Source: a virus. From it: a stretch of DNA of 64,000 nucleotides. The stretch spans positions 32,001 through 96,000 of IMG/VR virus record IMGVR_UViG_3300006841_000093, one strand, 5' to 3'. The notes below the pieces were generated by a model. The model saw only the letters and a program-made list of their open reading frames with translations, had not been told where the DNA came from and did not search any database. Position numbers and translations under genes: made by a program. Each line of letters opens with the position of its first letter. Positions within the stretch are counted from its first letter, which is position 1. Below are positions 8,422 through 18,194 of the stretch, piece after piece.

Positions 8422-9636
8422 ATGGAATATACTGACAAACAAATGAGTTTTCTTAGTGCAGCAGTTACCAAGTATGGTGAAGGCGCAGTTGTTTCTAAGG
8501 AAAACATTACAGAAACCGCCGAAGAAAATGGATTGAAATTTCCATTTTGGTTGACAGATACAAGGCGTATGGGTTCTTTTACTAAGGTTGATAAGGACAC
8601 ATACCGATTACCGGCGCTTAATGGTGGTGAGGGAGCTACAATAGCTGATGTTGTTGAAACAACAGTAGTAGTTGATAAAGCATCTGAAGTTGTCGTTGAA
8701 TCTAAGAATTCAGAAAGTTCAATGGATATGAGTACATATTTTAATCCAGCAGAATTGATTCCTAAAAAAGATCCGTTGTTTGTAGCACATGGACATTTTG
8801 GTGATTTGACTAAAGTTATTCAGTCAAGGAAATTCTATCCAGTATTTGAAACTGGAGAATCTGGAACTGGTAAAACTTATATGACCGAACAAGCGTGTGC
8901 CAAACTCAAGAGAGAATTTATCAGAGTAAACATTACTGTTGAAACCGATGAAGATGATCTTTTGGGTCACTACGCATTGATTGATGGTAATACAGTTTGG
9001 CAGGACGGCCCTGTAGTCATCGCAATGGAGCGTGGAGCAGTTCTTCTCCTTGATGAGATTGACTTGGCATCCAACAAAGTGATGTGTCTACAACCAATAC
9101 TTGAAGGTAAAGGTGTTTATCTGAAGAAGGTAAATCGAATGGTAAAACCAGCTGATGGTTTCACAGTAGTCGCAACCGCCAATACTAAAGGTAAAGGTTC
9201 TGAAGATGGAAGATTCGTTTTTACAAATATTTTGAACGAAGCTTTCCTTGAAAGATTTCCGATTACAATGGAAGTTGGATATCCTTCAGCACAAACCGAA
9301 AAGAAAATCGTGAACAAAGTTCTCGATTCACTTGGTGTTTCCGATACTGATTTTTCAGAAAAGTTAGTAAATTGGGCAAACGCCATTCGCAAGACTTTTT
9401 ATGATGGTGGAATTGACGAAGTTATCGCAACTCGCCGATTGGTTCATATCTCTAACGCATTCGCAATTTTCAGAGATAGAATGAAAGCCATTGAAATGTG
9501 TGTCAATCGTTTTGATGAAGACACAAAAACTAGTTTCTTGGATTTGTATTCCAAGATTGACGCCGGTGTTGACCTTGAAGAAACTGAAGAAGTTTCAGAA
9601 GAGGAATATCCCGAAGAAAATGTTAATCCTTATTAG
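8422..9636 (+). CDS. cobS: CobS/MoxR-like AAA+ ATPase
   Basis: Walker A GESGTGKT, Walker B LLLDEID, ATANTKGKG and AFLERF, as in T4-like phage CobS. Confidence 0.85.
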   Translation: MEYTDKQMSFLSAAVTKYGEGAVVSKENITETAEENGLKFPFWLTDTRRMGSFTKVDKDTYRLPALNGGEGATIADVVETTVVVDKASEVVVESKNSESSMDMSTYFNPAELIPKKDPLFVAHGHFGDLTKVIQSRKFYPVFETGESGTGKTYMTEQACAKLKREFIRVNITVETDEDDLLGHYALIDGNTVWQDGPVVIAMERGAVLLLDEIDLASNKVMCLQPILEGKGVYLKKVNRMVKPADGFTVVATANTKGKGSEDGRFVFTNILNEAFLERFPITMEVGYPSAQTEKKIVNKVLDSLGVSDTDFSEKLVNWANAIRKTFYDGGIDEVIATRRLVHISNAFAIFRDRMKAIEMCVNRFDEDTKTSFLDLYSKIDAGVDLEETEEVSEEEYPEENVNPY

Positions 9637-9644
9637 GAGAGATA

Positions 9645-9881
9645 ATGAAAATAAATGTTGAAACTCTTGTGGCAAATAACTATAAATATGTCGCAAGAGA
9701 TATGAATGGTGAAATTTACGCCTTTGAAAATGAACCGAGTCTCGCAACAGACATTGCTTGTGATACTTGGGATGTTAAAGAAGGTGAAATTTTAAAACTT
9801 ACTTCTGCAATCGAAGGAGAAACCGCAGTTGCGATTGATTCTGAGTTAGGTGATTGGAGAGATTCTTTAGTGGAGTTATAA
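9645..9881 (+). CDS. Hypothetical protein
   Basis: RBS AGGAG; contains a YVARDMNGEIYAF motif. Confidence 0.6.
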   Translation: MKINVETLVANNYKYVARDMNGEIYAFENEPSLATDIACDTWDVKEGEILKLTSAIEGETAVAIDSELGDWRDSLVEL

Positions 9882-9882
9882 T

Positions 9883-9969
9883 ATGAAAATGTGGTTAGAA
9901 GAAATAGGAACATTTGTCTTAATGATGGGATTGTTATATCTTGTCGTAGTATTAATGTTTAGTCTATAA
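9883..9969 (+). CDS. Small single-TM peptide (28 aa)
   Basis: MKMWLEEIGTFVLMMGLLYLVVVLMFSL fills the gap in a packed operon; below the ORF-track cutoff. Confidence 0.4.
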   Translation: MKMWLEEIGTFVLMMGLLYLVVVLMFSL

Positions 9970-9976
9970 AATAAAT

Positions 9977-10180
9977 ATGTTAACCTATATTTGGAGCCAA
10001 GGTATGGTCGATAAAATAGCAAAAAAAGTTGCTGAAGAACCAATAGAAGATATGAAGTCTCAGCACATTGATCACGTTGAAACTGAAAGATTAGTTGATC
10101 TTGCAAGAGAACGAGAACGTGATCGCAGACAAATGGAAATGTTTGATGATCCGTGGGAAAACTGGAGTGGACATCGATGA
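9977..10180 (+). CDS. Hypothetical protein
   Basis: Co-directional ORF in a packed small-gene cluster. Confidence 0.5.
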   Translation: MLTYIWSQGMVDKIAKKVAEEPIEDMKSQHIDHVETERLVDLARERERDRRQMEMFDDPWENWSGHR

Positions 10181-10274
10181 TAATTGGTTTATGGTGGGCA
10201 TATTTTTACATAAGAATAATGCTTTATTTACAATATGGAAACATTTAAAAATATGCTGACTGAGGAGAAGTTTA

Positions 10275-10496
10275 ATGAAAGCAATACTTGAATTTGAATT
10301 TCCAAGAGATCAGATAAAATTTGATACAGCTTCAAGGGGTTTGGATTGGGCACTTGTAGTGCGGGATATGGATCAAATAATGCACAAGAAGGTGAAATAT
10401 TCAGAACTATCCAATGAGGCCAAATTGGCGATAGAACAACTTAGATTAACAATGAGTGATATGTTAATTAATAGGGGGTTACTATATCCAGAATAA
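10275..10496 (+). CDS. Hypothetical protein
   Basis: RBS GAGGAG; MKAILEFEFP start typical of small phage proteins. Confidence 0.6.
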   Translation: MKAILEFEFPRDQIKFDTASRGLDWALVVRDMDQIMHKKVKYSELSNEAKLAIEQLRLTMSDMLINRGLLYPE

Positions 10497-10513
10497 ATTT
10501 AAAAGAGATAATT

Positions 10514-10648
10514 ATGAATCCGTTTAAACCAAATACTAGTAGAGTTGATAAACTAGAAAACCAAATAATAAATCTCAGAGAACGGGTAGCAACGTTGGAA
10601 AGAGATTTACATTTTTTTATGAGACATTATGAAAAAAGCAACGATTGA
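10514..10648 (+). CDS. Small coiled-coil hypothetical protein (44 aa)
   Basis: MNPFKPNTSRVDKLENQIINLRERVATLERDL...; fills the operon gap. Confidence 0.4.
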   Translation: MNPFKPNTSRVDKLENQIINLRERVATLERDLHFFMRHYEKSND

Positions 10649-10811
10649 AATTTTACATGAAGGTGAAACTATTTTTGGTTCTCCTACAAATGGTCCATAT
10701 TTTGTACAGGAATATGAAAACGGAGAAGTGATGGGCGCCAGTTTCCACAAGTATCTTCACGATGCAGTATCTCATGTAAAGAAATATCAGGAGATGGATT
10801 ATGAAGATTAA
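10629..10811 (+). CDS. Hypothetical protein
   Basis: Overlaps its neighbours in an operon-like way. Confidence 0.5.
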   Translation: MKKATIEILHEGETIFGSPTNGPYFVQEYENGEVMGASFHKYLHDAVSHVKKYQEMDYED

Positions 10812-11136
10812 TGAATTTATACAGAAGTACAGAACAGTTAAAAAAATTATTCCAGGCATGACTAGTAGTTATTGTCCTTATGTGATTTGTAAAGATGGAT
10901 TTAAAATGTCTGTTCAAGCAGGACAATCTAATTATAGTGAACCGAAAGAGGTGGCAGATCATTACGAAGAAGCTGAAGTTGGTTATCCATCTAAAGAAGA
11001 ACATTTACTTGCAAGGTATGCAGAAGACGGCGAAAATCTTTGTGATACTGTATATGGTTATGTTCCGTGTTCAGTCATTGATAAAGTGATTGAAAAACAT
11101 GGTGGAATAGATGAGTCTAAAATTAAAAGTATATAA
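10801..11136 (+). CDS. Hypothetical phage protein
   Basis: CKDGFKMSVQAG...Y..P...EVGYPS...VYGYVP...HGG pattern common in phage hypotheticals. Confidence 0.65.
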   Translation: MKINEFIQKYRTVKKIIPGMTSSYCPYVICKDGFKMSVQAGQSNYSEPKEVADHYEEAEVGYPSKEEHLLARYAEDGENLCDTVYGYVPCSVIDKVIEKHGGIDESKIKSI

Positions 11137-11139
11137 ATA
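11132..11139 (+). promoter_or_regulatory. T4-type late promoter
   Basis: TATAAATA about 40 nt upstream of the 11181 ORF. Confidence 0.5.
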
Positions 11140-11180
11140 TTTTAGTGATATTGATTATTAATTTATAATAGGAAAGTGAA

Positions 11181-12128
11181 ATGAAAATTTCTATTGATAT
11201 AAATGAATTAAGAGAAAAGAAAATATTTGTAGGTACACCGATGTATGGTGGAATGTGTACGGGAATGTACACTAAAGCATCAGCTGATTTAGCAACCACT
11301 GCTACAAAATATGGTATGGACATAAAGTTCTTTTATCTCTTTAATGAAAGTTTAATTACAAGAGCAAGAAATTATCTAGTCGATGAATTTTTGCGTTCCC
11401 CATATACCCACCTGATGTTCATTGATTCGGACATTAATTTTAATCCACAAGATGTATTAGCACTCGCTTCATTGTGTAATGAGGACAAACCTATTATTGG
11501 TGGTCCGTACCCAAAGAAATGTATTGCATGGGAAAAAGTTCGAAACGCAGTTGATGCAGGACTTGCAGATGAAAATCCCAATGAGTTAGAAAAATATACT
11601 GGTGATTTTGTATTTAATCCAACAGCAGGAACAACTCAAATTAAAATCGATGAACCTACAGAAGTATTAGAAGTTGGTACTGGATTTGTAATGATTAGGC
11701 GAGAAGTGTTTGAAAAATTTAGAGAAGAATATCCTCAATTTTCATATAAGCCAGATCATAACCGCTCAGAACATTTTGATGGTTCACGTTATATACACGC
11801 CTTTTTTGATACTGTCATTGATAATGATACTTATGCAGGAAAAGGTTCAGGAGGTTCAGATCGTTATTTGTCTGAAGATTATATGTTTTGTCAATGGTCT
11901 AGAAAGATTGGTTTTACAACTTGGTTGTGCCCCTGGATGGAAGTAAATCATGTAGGTACTTATGTGTTTAATGGAACATTAAAAGAATTAGGTAAGTTAG
12001 AATATGCTTCACATGGTGTAGATATTACAACTAGACCTCAACAAGAAGAACGAAAGAAAAATAGAGCAGAAAGGAGGGCTGAAGCAAAGAAAGGAAAGAA
12101 GAAAAAAATAACGCAACCTCATGGTTGA
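11181..12128 (+). CDS. GT-A fold glycosyltransferase-like protein
   Basis: GTPMYGG, ESLITRARN, DxD motif FIDSDI, VGTGFVMI and SEDYMFC. Confidence 0.7.
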   Translation: MKISIDINELREKKIFVGTPMYGGMCTGMYTKASADLATTATKYGMDIKFFYLFNESLITRARNYLVDEFLRSPYTHLMFIDSDINFNPQDVLALASLCNEDKPIIGGPYPKKCIAWEKVRNAVDAGLADENPNELEKYTGDFVFNPTAGTTQIKIDEPTEVLEVGTGFVMIRREVFEKFREEYPQFSYKPDHNRSEHFDGSRYIHAFFDTVIDNDTYAGKGSGGSDRYLSEDYMFCQWSRKIGFTTWLCPWMEVNHVGTYVFNGTLKELGKLEYASHGVDITTRPQQEERKKNRAERRAEAKKGKKKKITQPHG

Positions 12129-12152
12129 CAAATCAAAAATATATGTTATAAT
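12125..12152 (+). promoter_or_regulatory. Sigma70-like promoter for gp45/gp44
   Basis: TTGACA-N16-TATAAT with TG extension. Confidence 0.65.
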
Positions 12153-12191
12153 AAGAGAATATACAGTTAATAAATCAACATACGGAGTTAT

Positions 12192-12851
12192 ATGAAACTT
12201 ACAGCAGAAACAGTCGCGATACTTAAAAATTACGCAGCAATAAATCAAAACATACAGTTTAAGGAAGGTAAGACATTATCAACCATTTCCCCCCAAAAAA
12301 ATATTTTATCAAGTGCAGAAATTAGTGAAGAGATTTCACAAACATTTGCTATCTATGATCTTAATAGATTATTAGCGGCAATGAGTGCTTATGATAAAAT
12401 TCCAGAATTAATACTTGAAGAGAATCGATTGTTAATTAATGGTCAAACAAAATATACTTATGGTGATCCGGCCATGTTAGTATTACCTCCAGAGAAAAAA
12501 CTTGATTTTCCGGAGCCGGAGATACAATTTAAAATGCCAAAAGATAAGTATGATATGTGTTTGAAAATGGCATCGATTTTACAAGTTCCAGAATTAGTTG
12601 TACAAGGAGATGGAAGTAAAATATTTTTAGTTGCAACTGATACTAATAATTCTTCAGCAGATCAACATCCAGAAGAAGTTGGAACTACAGATAAACAATT
12701 TCAGATGGTTTTCAAGATTGAAAATATGAAACTTTTAAGTGGAAATTATGAAGTTGGAATCTCTTCTAAAGGTATTTCACATTTTTCACATGAACATTCT
12801 AAATTACAATATTGGATAGCAACAGAACAAAATTCAACGTTTAATGGATAA
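12192..12851 (+). CDS. gp45: Sliding clamp
   Basis: MKLTAETVAILKNYAAINQNI, FAIYDLN and FKIENMKLL; immediately before gp44. Confidence 0.9.
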   Translation: MKLTAETVAILKNYAAINQNIQFKEGKTLSTISPQKNILSSAEISEEISQTFAIYDLNRLLAAMSAYDKIPELILEENRLLINGQTKYTYGDPAMLVLPPEKKLDFPEPEIQFKMPKDKYDMCLKMASILQVPELVVQGDGSKIFLVATDTNNSSADQHPEEVGTTDKQFQMVFKIENMKLLSGNYEVGISSKGISHFSHEHSKLQYWIATEQNSTFNG

Positions 12852-12853
12852 AC

Positions 12854-13792
12854 ATGGAAAACTTTTTATGGGTCGAAGAATTCCGTCCTAAGACTGTAGC
12901 GGATTGTATTCTTATAGAACCAACTAAAGAAGTCTTTCAAGGTTTCGTTGATGATGGTAAAATTCCTAATTTACTTTTATCTGGCGGAGCGGGAGTAGGT
13001 AAAACTACTGTTGCTCGTGCTATGTGTGATGAAATTGGTGTAGACCATTTAATGATCAACGGATCTAATGAGGGAAGAAATATAGATACAGTAAGAACTA
13101 CTTTACAACAATACTGTAGTTCAGTTTCCATGTCAGGTGGAAGAAAAGTAGTAATAGTCGATGAGGCAGATTATATGAATGCTGATTCGGTACAACCTGC
13201 ATTAAGGGGGTTCATTGAAAAATTTAGTGCCAATGTTAGTTTTATCTTTACTTGTAATTTCCGTAATCGGATTATTGATCCTATCCATAGTCGTTGCTCT
13301 GTAGTAGAATTTATTACTCCAAGATCAGAGAAACCAAAACTCGCTCAAGAGTGTTTAGTTAGGGTTAAAGAAATTCTAACACAAAAAGGAATTAAGTTTG
13401 AAGAAAAAGTACTTGCAGAATTAGTTTTGAAACATTTTCCAGATATGAGGAGAGTGATAAATGAACTTCAAAGATATGCAGCGGGTGGAATTATTGATGC
13501 CGGTATCTTAGCACAGATTGGTGAAATCAATCTTCTTGAACTGATGAAGGCGTTGAAGGAAAAACATTTTTCAGAAGTTCGTAAATGGGTTACACAAAAT
13601 ATCGATAATGATCCAGTAAAGATTTTTAGAAAGATTTATGATGGTGTACATGAACATCTCAAAGATACTTCAATTCCACAAGCTGTTCTTGTTATTGCAG
13701 AATATCAATATAAATCTGCGTTTGTTGCAGATCAAGAAATTAACTTAGTTGCCTGTCTCACAGAGATGATGGTTGATTGCGAGTTTAAATGA
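12854..13792 (+). CDS. gp44: Clamp loader large subunit
   Basis: LWVEEFRP, GGAGVGKTT, DEAD, SRC and FPDMRR. Confidence 0.95.
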   Translation: MENFLWVEEFRPKTVADCILIEPTKEVFQGFVDDGKIPNLLLSGGAGVGKTTVARAMCDEIGVDHLMINGSNEGRNIDTVRTTLQQYCSSVSMSGGRKVVIVDEADYMNADSVQPALRGFIEKFSANVSFIFTCNFRNRIIDPIHSRCSVVEFITPRSEKPKLAQECLVRVKEILTQKGIKFEEKVLAELVLKHFPDMRRVINELQRYAAGGIIDAGILAQIGEINLLELMKALKEKHFSEVRKWVTQNIDNDPVKIFRKIYDGVHEHLKDTSIPQAVLVIAEYQYKSAFVADQEINLVACLTEMMVDCEFK

Positions 13793-15237
13793 ACGAAGAA
13801 CTATTAAAAATATATGAAGATAATACAAATGAATATGGATTGCCGGTATTCGATTTATTTACTTGGCAAAATATAAATACAAAATATATTGATCCTGATA
13901 CTTCTTTGCCTATGTCTAAACGGGCTAAAGTCATGATCGATACTATGATACATTTCTTTGAAAAACACAAACCTAAATTTCCATTTAGAGATTTTGATGA
14001 GCACGATGTTAGACAAAACTTTTATACTTTATGTAATCTCAATCTAAAAGATAATATCTTCCCTAAAGAAAAATGTAAAACTGTACATGAAAAATACGAT
14101 GACTATGTAGGAAATTTTCCAGAATGGGGAATGGGTATTTTAAATTTTAGTTCAAATTATAATAATATTTCAGATATGTTCATGAATCGTGAACGAATGA
14201 AATGTAGTTATGATCGTTCACCTAGCCCAATTACTATGTGGAATGATCAAACAGATTTAAAACAAATTCTTTCTCCAATATGGAGACTTCATCCTGATTG
14301 TGGAATGCCACTCAAGAATAATTTATATATTGAGGGTGTTAGAGTCGGAGCATATTTTGCTACTCAGTTTAAACCTTCAGTAGCAAAAGCCTTTTATGAT
14401 TTTACTAAGTCTAAAAAAGTTCTTGACACAAGTTCAGGATGGGGTGATCGAATGGCAGGATTCTTTGCATCAAATGCCGAAGAATATTATGGTATGGACC
14501 CGAATGGTGATCTACATCAAAACTATCACTCAATGGCCGTACAATATAATAATTGGTTAGGTGCAGAGAATCCCCAAACTACAACTGGAGATAATTGGTT
14601 TCAAGTTGAAGGTAAAAAGAAAGTAAAAATTTATAGATCACCGGCAGAGGATTTGCCGTGGGATGAAATTCCAGATGATATTGATATCATGTTTAGTTCA
14701 CCTCCGTATTTTGCTACTGAAAAATATGCAGAAGGAAGCAAGTTCGAAAATGATCAATCATGGAGTCGTTATAATTCTTATGAAGCATGGAGAGATGGGT
14801 TTTATCTTCCAGTAATGAAAAAAGCATTTGAGAAATTATCTCCCGGTGGATGGTTAATGGTGAATATCATGGACCCAAAAGTTAAAGGTAAAAGACATAA
14901 ATCTTGTGATGATTTGGTAAATGATCTTAAAGAATATTTTGTAGGTCAAATTGGAATGAGAATTATGGCTAGACCTAAAAGTATTAAATCTTTTGAGGGA
15001 GATACCCATGAAGAAAGAAAAGCAAAATATGATGAATGGCAAGCAAAATGGTTTATTGAATCAGTTTGGTGTTTTAGAAAGCCTGATCCTAGTAATAATA
15101 ATGTTGATATCTTTGCTCCTTATAAAGATTCTACTTTGGATGGCATGGGGCCAATCGTTGTTCAACAACCTATTAAAAAGAAAAAGTTATCAGAAGCAAC
15201 AACTGAGAAATCTTCATTAGAGGGGTTTTTTGATTAA
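13789..15237 (+). CDS. DNA amino-methyltransferase
   Basis: ATQFKP, DTSSGWGDRM and FSSPPYF; ends SSLEGFFD; paralog of 4531 and 17107. Confidence 0.8.
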   Translation: MNEELLKIYEDNTNEYGLPVFDLFTWQNINTKYIDPDTSLPMSKRAKVMIDTMIHFFEKHKPKFPFRDFDEHDVRQNFYTLCNLNLKDNIFPKEKCKTVHEKYDDYVGNFPEWGMGILNFSSNYNNISDMFMNRERMKCSYDRSPSPITMWNDQTDLKQILSPIWRLHPDCGMPLKNNLYIEGVRVGAYFATQFKPSVAKAFYDFTKSKKVLDTSSGWGDRMAGFFASNAEEYYGMDPNGDLHQNYHSMAVQYNNWLGAENPQTTTGDNWFQVEGKKKVKIYRSPAEDLPWDEIPDDIDIMFSSPPYFATEKYAEGSKFENDQSWSRYNSYEAWRDGFYLPVMKKAFEKLSPGGWLMVNIMDPKVKGKRHKSCDDLVNDLKEYFVGQIGMRIMARPKSIKSFEGDTHEERKAKYDEWQAKWFIESVWCFRKPDPSNNNVDIFAPYKDSTLDGMGPIVVQQPIKKKKLSEATTEKSSLEGFFD

Positions 15238-16036
15238 TGAAATCACACCATTAGAACAGTATAAAATAAAAGATAAAACTGTTCATGTAAAACGTGATGA
15301 TCTCATGGGAGATGGAGTTGAACATCCACCGTGGGGTAAACTGACTGCTCTACGTAAGGTGTTAGAGACTATTAATCCTCAAAAACCATTAATACATCTT
15401 TCTGTTTATGGGTCTTGGTCTGGATGGGCACTCTCTGAAGTGTCAAAAGAATTAGATTATGAATTTATTATGGCCTATCCTGACTCTAAGAAATTCCCAA
15501 AACATATTTTAGACAAATCAGAAAATGTTCTTCCTATTAAACCTAATATGATGAACGTGATGTATAATAAAGTGGGACAGATAGCAAGAGAAAAAGATTA
15601 CATTAGATTACCATATGCGTTTGATCATCTAGAGTATATTAAAACACAAAAAGCTAGACTATACGAAGTTAAACAAGAATTAGAGTTTGATCATTTAGTA
15701 GTTTCTTCTGGATCGGGAGTTACTTGTCTTGGAATGGTGATGGAACATGAACCGTGGCCACAATTATTTGATACAGGAAATACAAGAACTTTTCATACTG
15801 TATGTGTATCAAGTGAAGGAACTATTAAAAAGAAATTTAAAAAATATGGTATCGAACCAACAGAACAAGTTGAAATAGTCAAGAGTAAATTTGCATTTGA
15901 TGATATGATGGATTCGTATGAAACTCCATTTCCTTGTAATGAATTTTGGGATAAGAAGGCTTGGTATTGGTTAGAACAAAACATTGACAAATTTAAAGGT
16001 GAAATTTTATTTTGGAATCTGGGAGGTAACTGGTGA
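15230..16036 (+). CDS. PLP-dependent fold-type II enzyme (ACC deaminase/D-Cys desulfhydrase-like)
   Basis: HVKRDDL...GKL (Schiff-base Lys), SSGSGVT phosphate loop and FWNLGG. Confidence 0.7.
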   Translation: MINEITPLEQYKIKDKTVHVKRDDLMGDGVEHPPWGKLTALRKVLETINPQKPLIHLSVYGSWSGWALSEVSKELDYEFIMAYPDSKKFPKHILDKSENVLPIKPNMMNVMYNKVGQIAREKDYIRLPYAFDHLEYIKTQKARLYEVKQELEFDHLVVSSGSGVTCLGMVMEHEPWPQLFDTGNTRTFHTVCVSSEGTIKKKFKKYGIEPTEQVEIVKSKFAFDDMMDSYETPFPCNEFWDKKAWYWLEQNIDKFKGEILFWNLGGNW

Positions 16037-16245
16037 AAAAATTAGATGAAGATGTAATTAGAGTTTGTGGATGGGTATGTTCTTTGTTATGTGTATTAAT
16101 AGGATCATATTTTGTTTGGCCACACATTCATGTAGCACTATTAGGAATTGCATTTTTTTACTTTGCAGTGAGAATTTTCAATTTCTCCACTTTTAAAGAA
16201 TACGCAGAAGATCGTAAAAAACTTTTACATAGATTACAGGGGTAA
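16033..16245 (+). CDS. Small two-TM membrane protein
   Basis: Two hydrophobic segments; overlapping GTGA start. Confidence 0.5.
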   Translation: MKKLDEDVIRVCGWVCSLLCVLIGSYFVWPHIHVALLGIAFFYFAVRIFNFSTFKEYAEDRKKLLHRLQG

Positions 16246-16247
16246 CT

Positions 16248-17126
16248 GTGAGTAGAGTTGTATTAAAAGACAAAAAAGATATGAATGAAATCCATCAATT
16301 TGGTGATCACTTCAAAACGTGGGATGAAGTTACAGATAATGGAATGGAGTGGGAAGATTATAAAATCATGGGCTCACAAGATGAAATTGAACGTGATCTT
16401 GAAACACAAGTATTGAGTGTTAAGTTTTCCAAGATAGGACAAAAAACATTTGATGCATATCCAAATCTAAAATGGATTCAATGTAGAGCACACGGATCGG
16501 ATAATATCAATTTAGAATTAGCTGAAGCTCGTAGAGTGGGAGTTGTTTGTTTAGATCCAGATACAGAAAATGTTGCAAATTGGATTAACCGATGGAAAAG
16601 GGGTAAACGAATTTTATTATTAGGTGCAGGTAAAATTGGTAAGATGTTAGCTCTTGGTTTAGATCATGAAGTAACAGAAGTGACTTCCCAAACTGATTAT
16701 AATACAATTTATCCATACATGGACACGTTTGATACAATAATCGTTGCTTCATCACCTACATCTCAACCAATCGTAGATCACGCATTGTTAGAAAAATTTA
16801 ATGGAAGTATTATTTCTATATCAAGACCGGCGTGTATAGATAATGAGGCATTACTTGAAGCGGCGAAGGATGGTAGAATAACACATGCTCAAATGGATAT
16901 GTTAGATCCTAAAGGAAGAGAAGAATTAATAGAAACAGGAAAAGTAAAGTATCATAAACACACTGCATGGGAAGCACAAGGACTAAGCCAATATGATATG
17001 AGATATTTTGCTATGGTGTTTCAAGAAATACAATGGTTATTAGTGGATAAACCAACGTATGAACCGCCCATACGAAATAGTAGAATTGTTTTAGAACGAA
17101 AAGGTAATGCATTGTTTGGAGACTAA
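16248..17126 (+). CDS. D-2-hydroxyacid dehydrogenase-like protein
   Basis: CRAHGSDNI, Rossmann LLGAGKIG, SISRPACID and His in KYHKHTAW. Confidence 0.7.
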   Translation: MSRVVLKDKKDMNEIHQFGDHFKTWDEVTDNGMEWEDYKIMGSQDEIERDLETQVLSVKFSKIGQKTFDAYPNLKWIQCRAHGSDNINLELAEARRVGVVCLDPDTENVANWINRWKRGKRILLLGAGKIGKMLALGLDHEVTEVTSQTDYNTIYPYMDTFDTIIVASSPTSQPIVDHALLEKFNGSIISISRPACIDNEALLEAAKDGRITHAQMDMLDPKGREELIETGKVKYHKHTAWEAQGLSQYDMRYFAMVFQEIQWLLVDKPTYEPPIRNSRIVLERKGNALFGD

Positions 17127-18051
17127 CGAATTTCCTTATTATCCTACAGATGATGTTTGGAGGAGAGAAGAATTTTCTAAATTTATTCAGTATCAAGGAA
17201 ACTTATTGGATAATAAAATAATAAAACAGACTATGCATGGTCTAGCACTTTCGTGGTCTTATATGCCACACGCCTTTGATGTTAAATGTGGTAATATGAA
17301 TACACCTTTACAAACTTTTCTTAATGACAAAGAAAAGATCAAAAAGAAGATGGAGCAACTTGGTCATGTTGATTCGCCTTCAGGTTTGAGAAAAGCATTA
17401 AAGGTTATGTCAGGCTCACAAGGAGTTAGTAATTTTAGACCTACTGCGGCTCAAGCAATATATGAAAAGTTTTTACCAAATGGTGGAACTACATGGGATA
17501 TGTCTGGAGGTTATGGTGGAAGATTATTGGGAGCAATAAAAACTCAAATAAATTATATTGCTACTGAACCGGCGAAAGAAACGTTTGATGGATTGACTCA
17601 GATCGCAAAGGATTGGGGTCAACAATCAAACCTTTTTGGAATAAAACAACGTTTAGAAATAGTTCAGAGTGGAAGTGAAGATTATGTTCCAGAGGAAGAT
17701 TCATTAGATTTGTGTTTCACTTCACCGCCCTATTTTGATACAGAAAAATATTCTAATGAAGATACTCAAAGTTATAAAAAGTTTCCAAAGAAAGTAGATT
17801 GGTTAGAAGGTTTTTTACGAAAGACAATTCAAAACTGTCACCGAGGCTTAAAGAAAAATCGTTATTTAATTATCAATATAGCTAATGTTAGCTCATTTGA
17901 TACATTAGAAGATGAAACTGGAAATATAGTTTTGTCTGAAGGATTTGAATACTTAGATACATTTCAACTTTCTCTGTCAAAGATGCCAGGAAAGAATATT
18001 GCAAATGATGTATTCAAATATGAACCCGTATTTCTTTTCAGAAAGAAATGA
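17107..18051 (+). CDS. DNA amino-methyltransferase
   Basis: SNFRPTAA, DMSGGYGGRLLG and FTSPPYF. Confidence 0.8.
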   Translation: MHCLETNEFPYYPTDDVWRREEFSKFIQYQGNLLDNKIIKQTMHGLALSWSYMPHAFDVKCGNMNTPLQTFLNDKEKIKKKMEQLGHVDSPSGLRKALKVMSGSQGVSNFRPTAAQAIYEKFLPNGGTTWDMSGGYGGRLLGAIKTQINYIATEPAKETFDGLTQIAKDWGQQSNLFGIKQRLEIVQSGSEDYVPEEDSLDLCFTSPPYFDTEKYSNEDTQSYKKFPKKVDWLEGFLRKTIQNCHRGLKKNRYLIINIANVSSFDTLEDETGNIVLSEGFEYLDTFQLSLSKMPGKNIANDVFKYEPVFLFRKK

Positions 18052-18069
18052 AATTCGGATATAGTACAC

Positions 18070-18097
18070 TTGACAAATTAAAAAGTCATGATATACT
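18070..18097 (+). promoter_or_regulatory. Sigma70-like promoter
   Basis: TTGACA-N16-TATACT with TG extension. Confidence 0.55.
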
Positions 18098-18194
18098 ATA
18101 TAATAGTAGATAACAATATGGTTTTGTTATCAAGTAAGTTGTTATACCTTAAACGTGGTGGACGCAACTCTAAATAACTTTTTTGGAGATAGTA

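Noticed and set aside
8422-9636. Cobalamin biosynthesis pathway
   Set aside because: Only the CobS/CobT-like MoxR-vWA pair is present; there is no CobN or other cob gene in the window.
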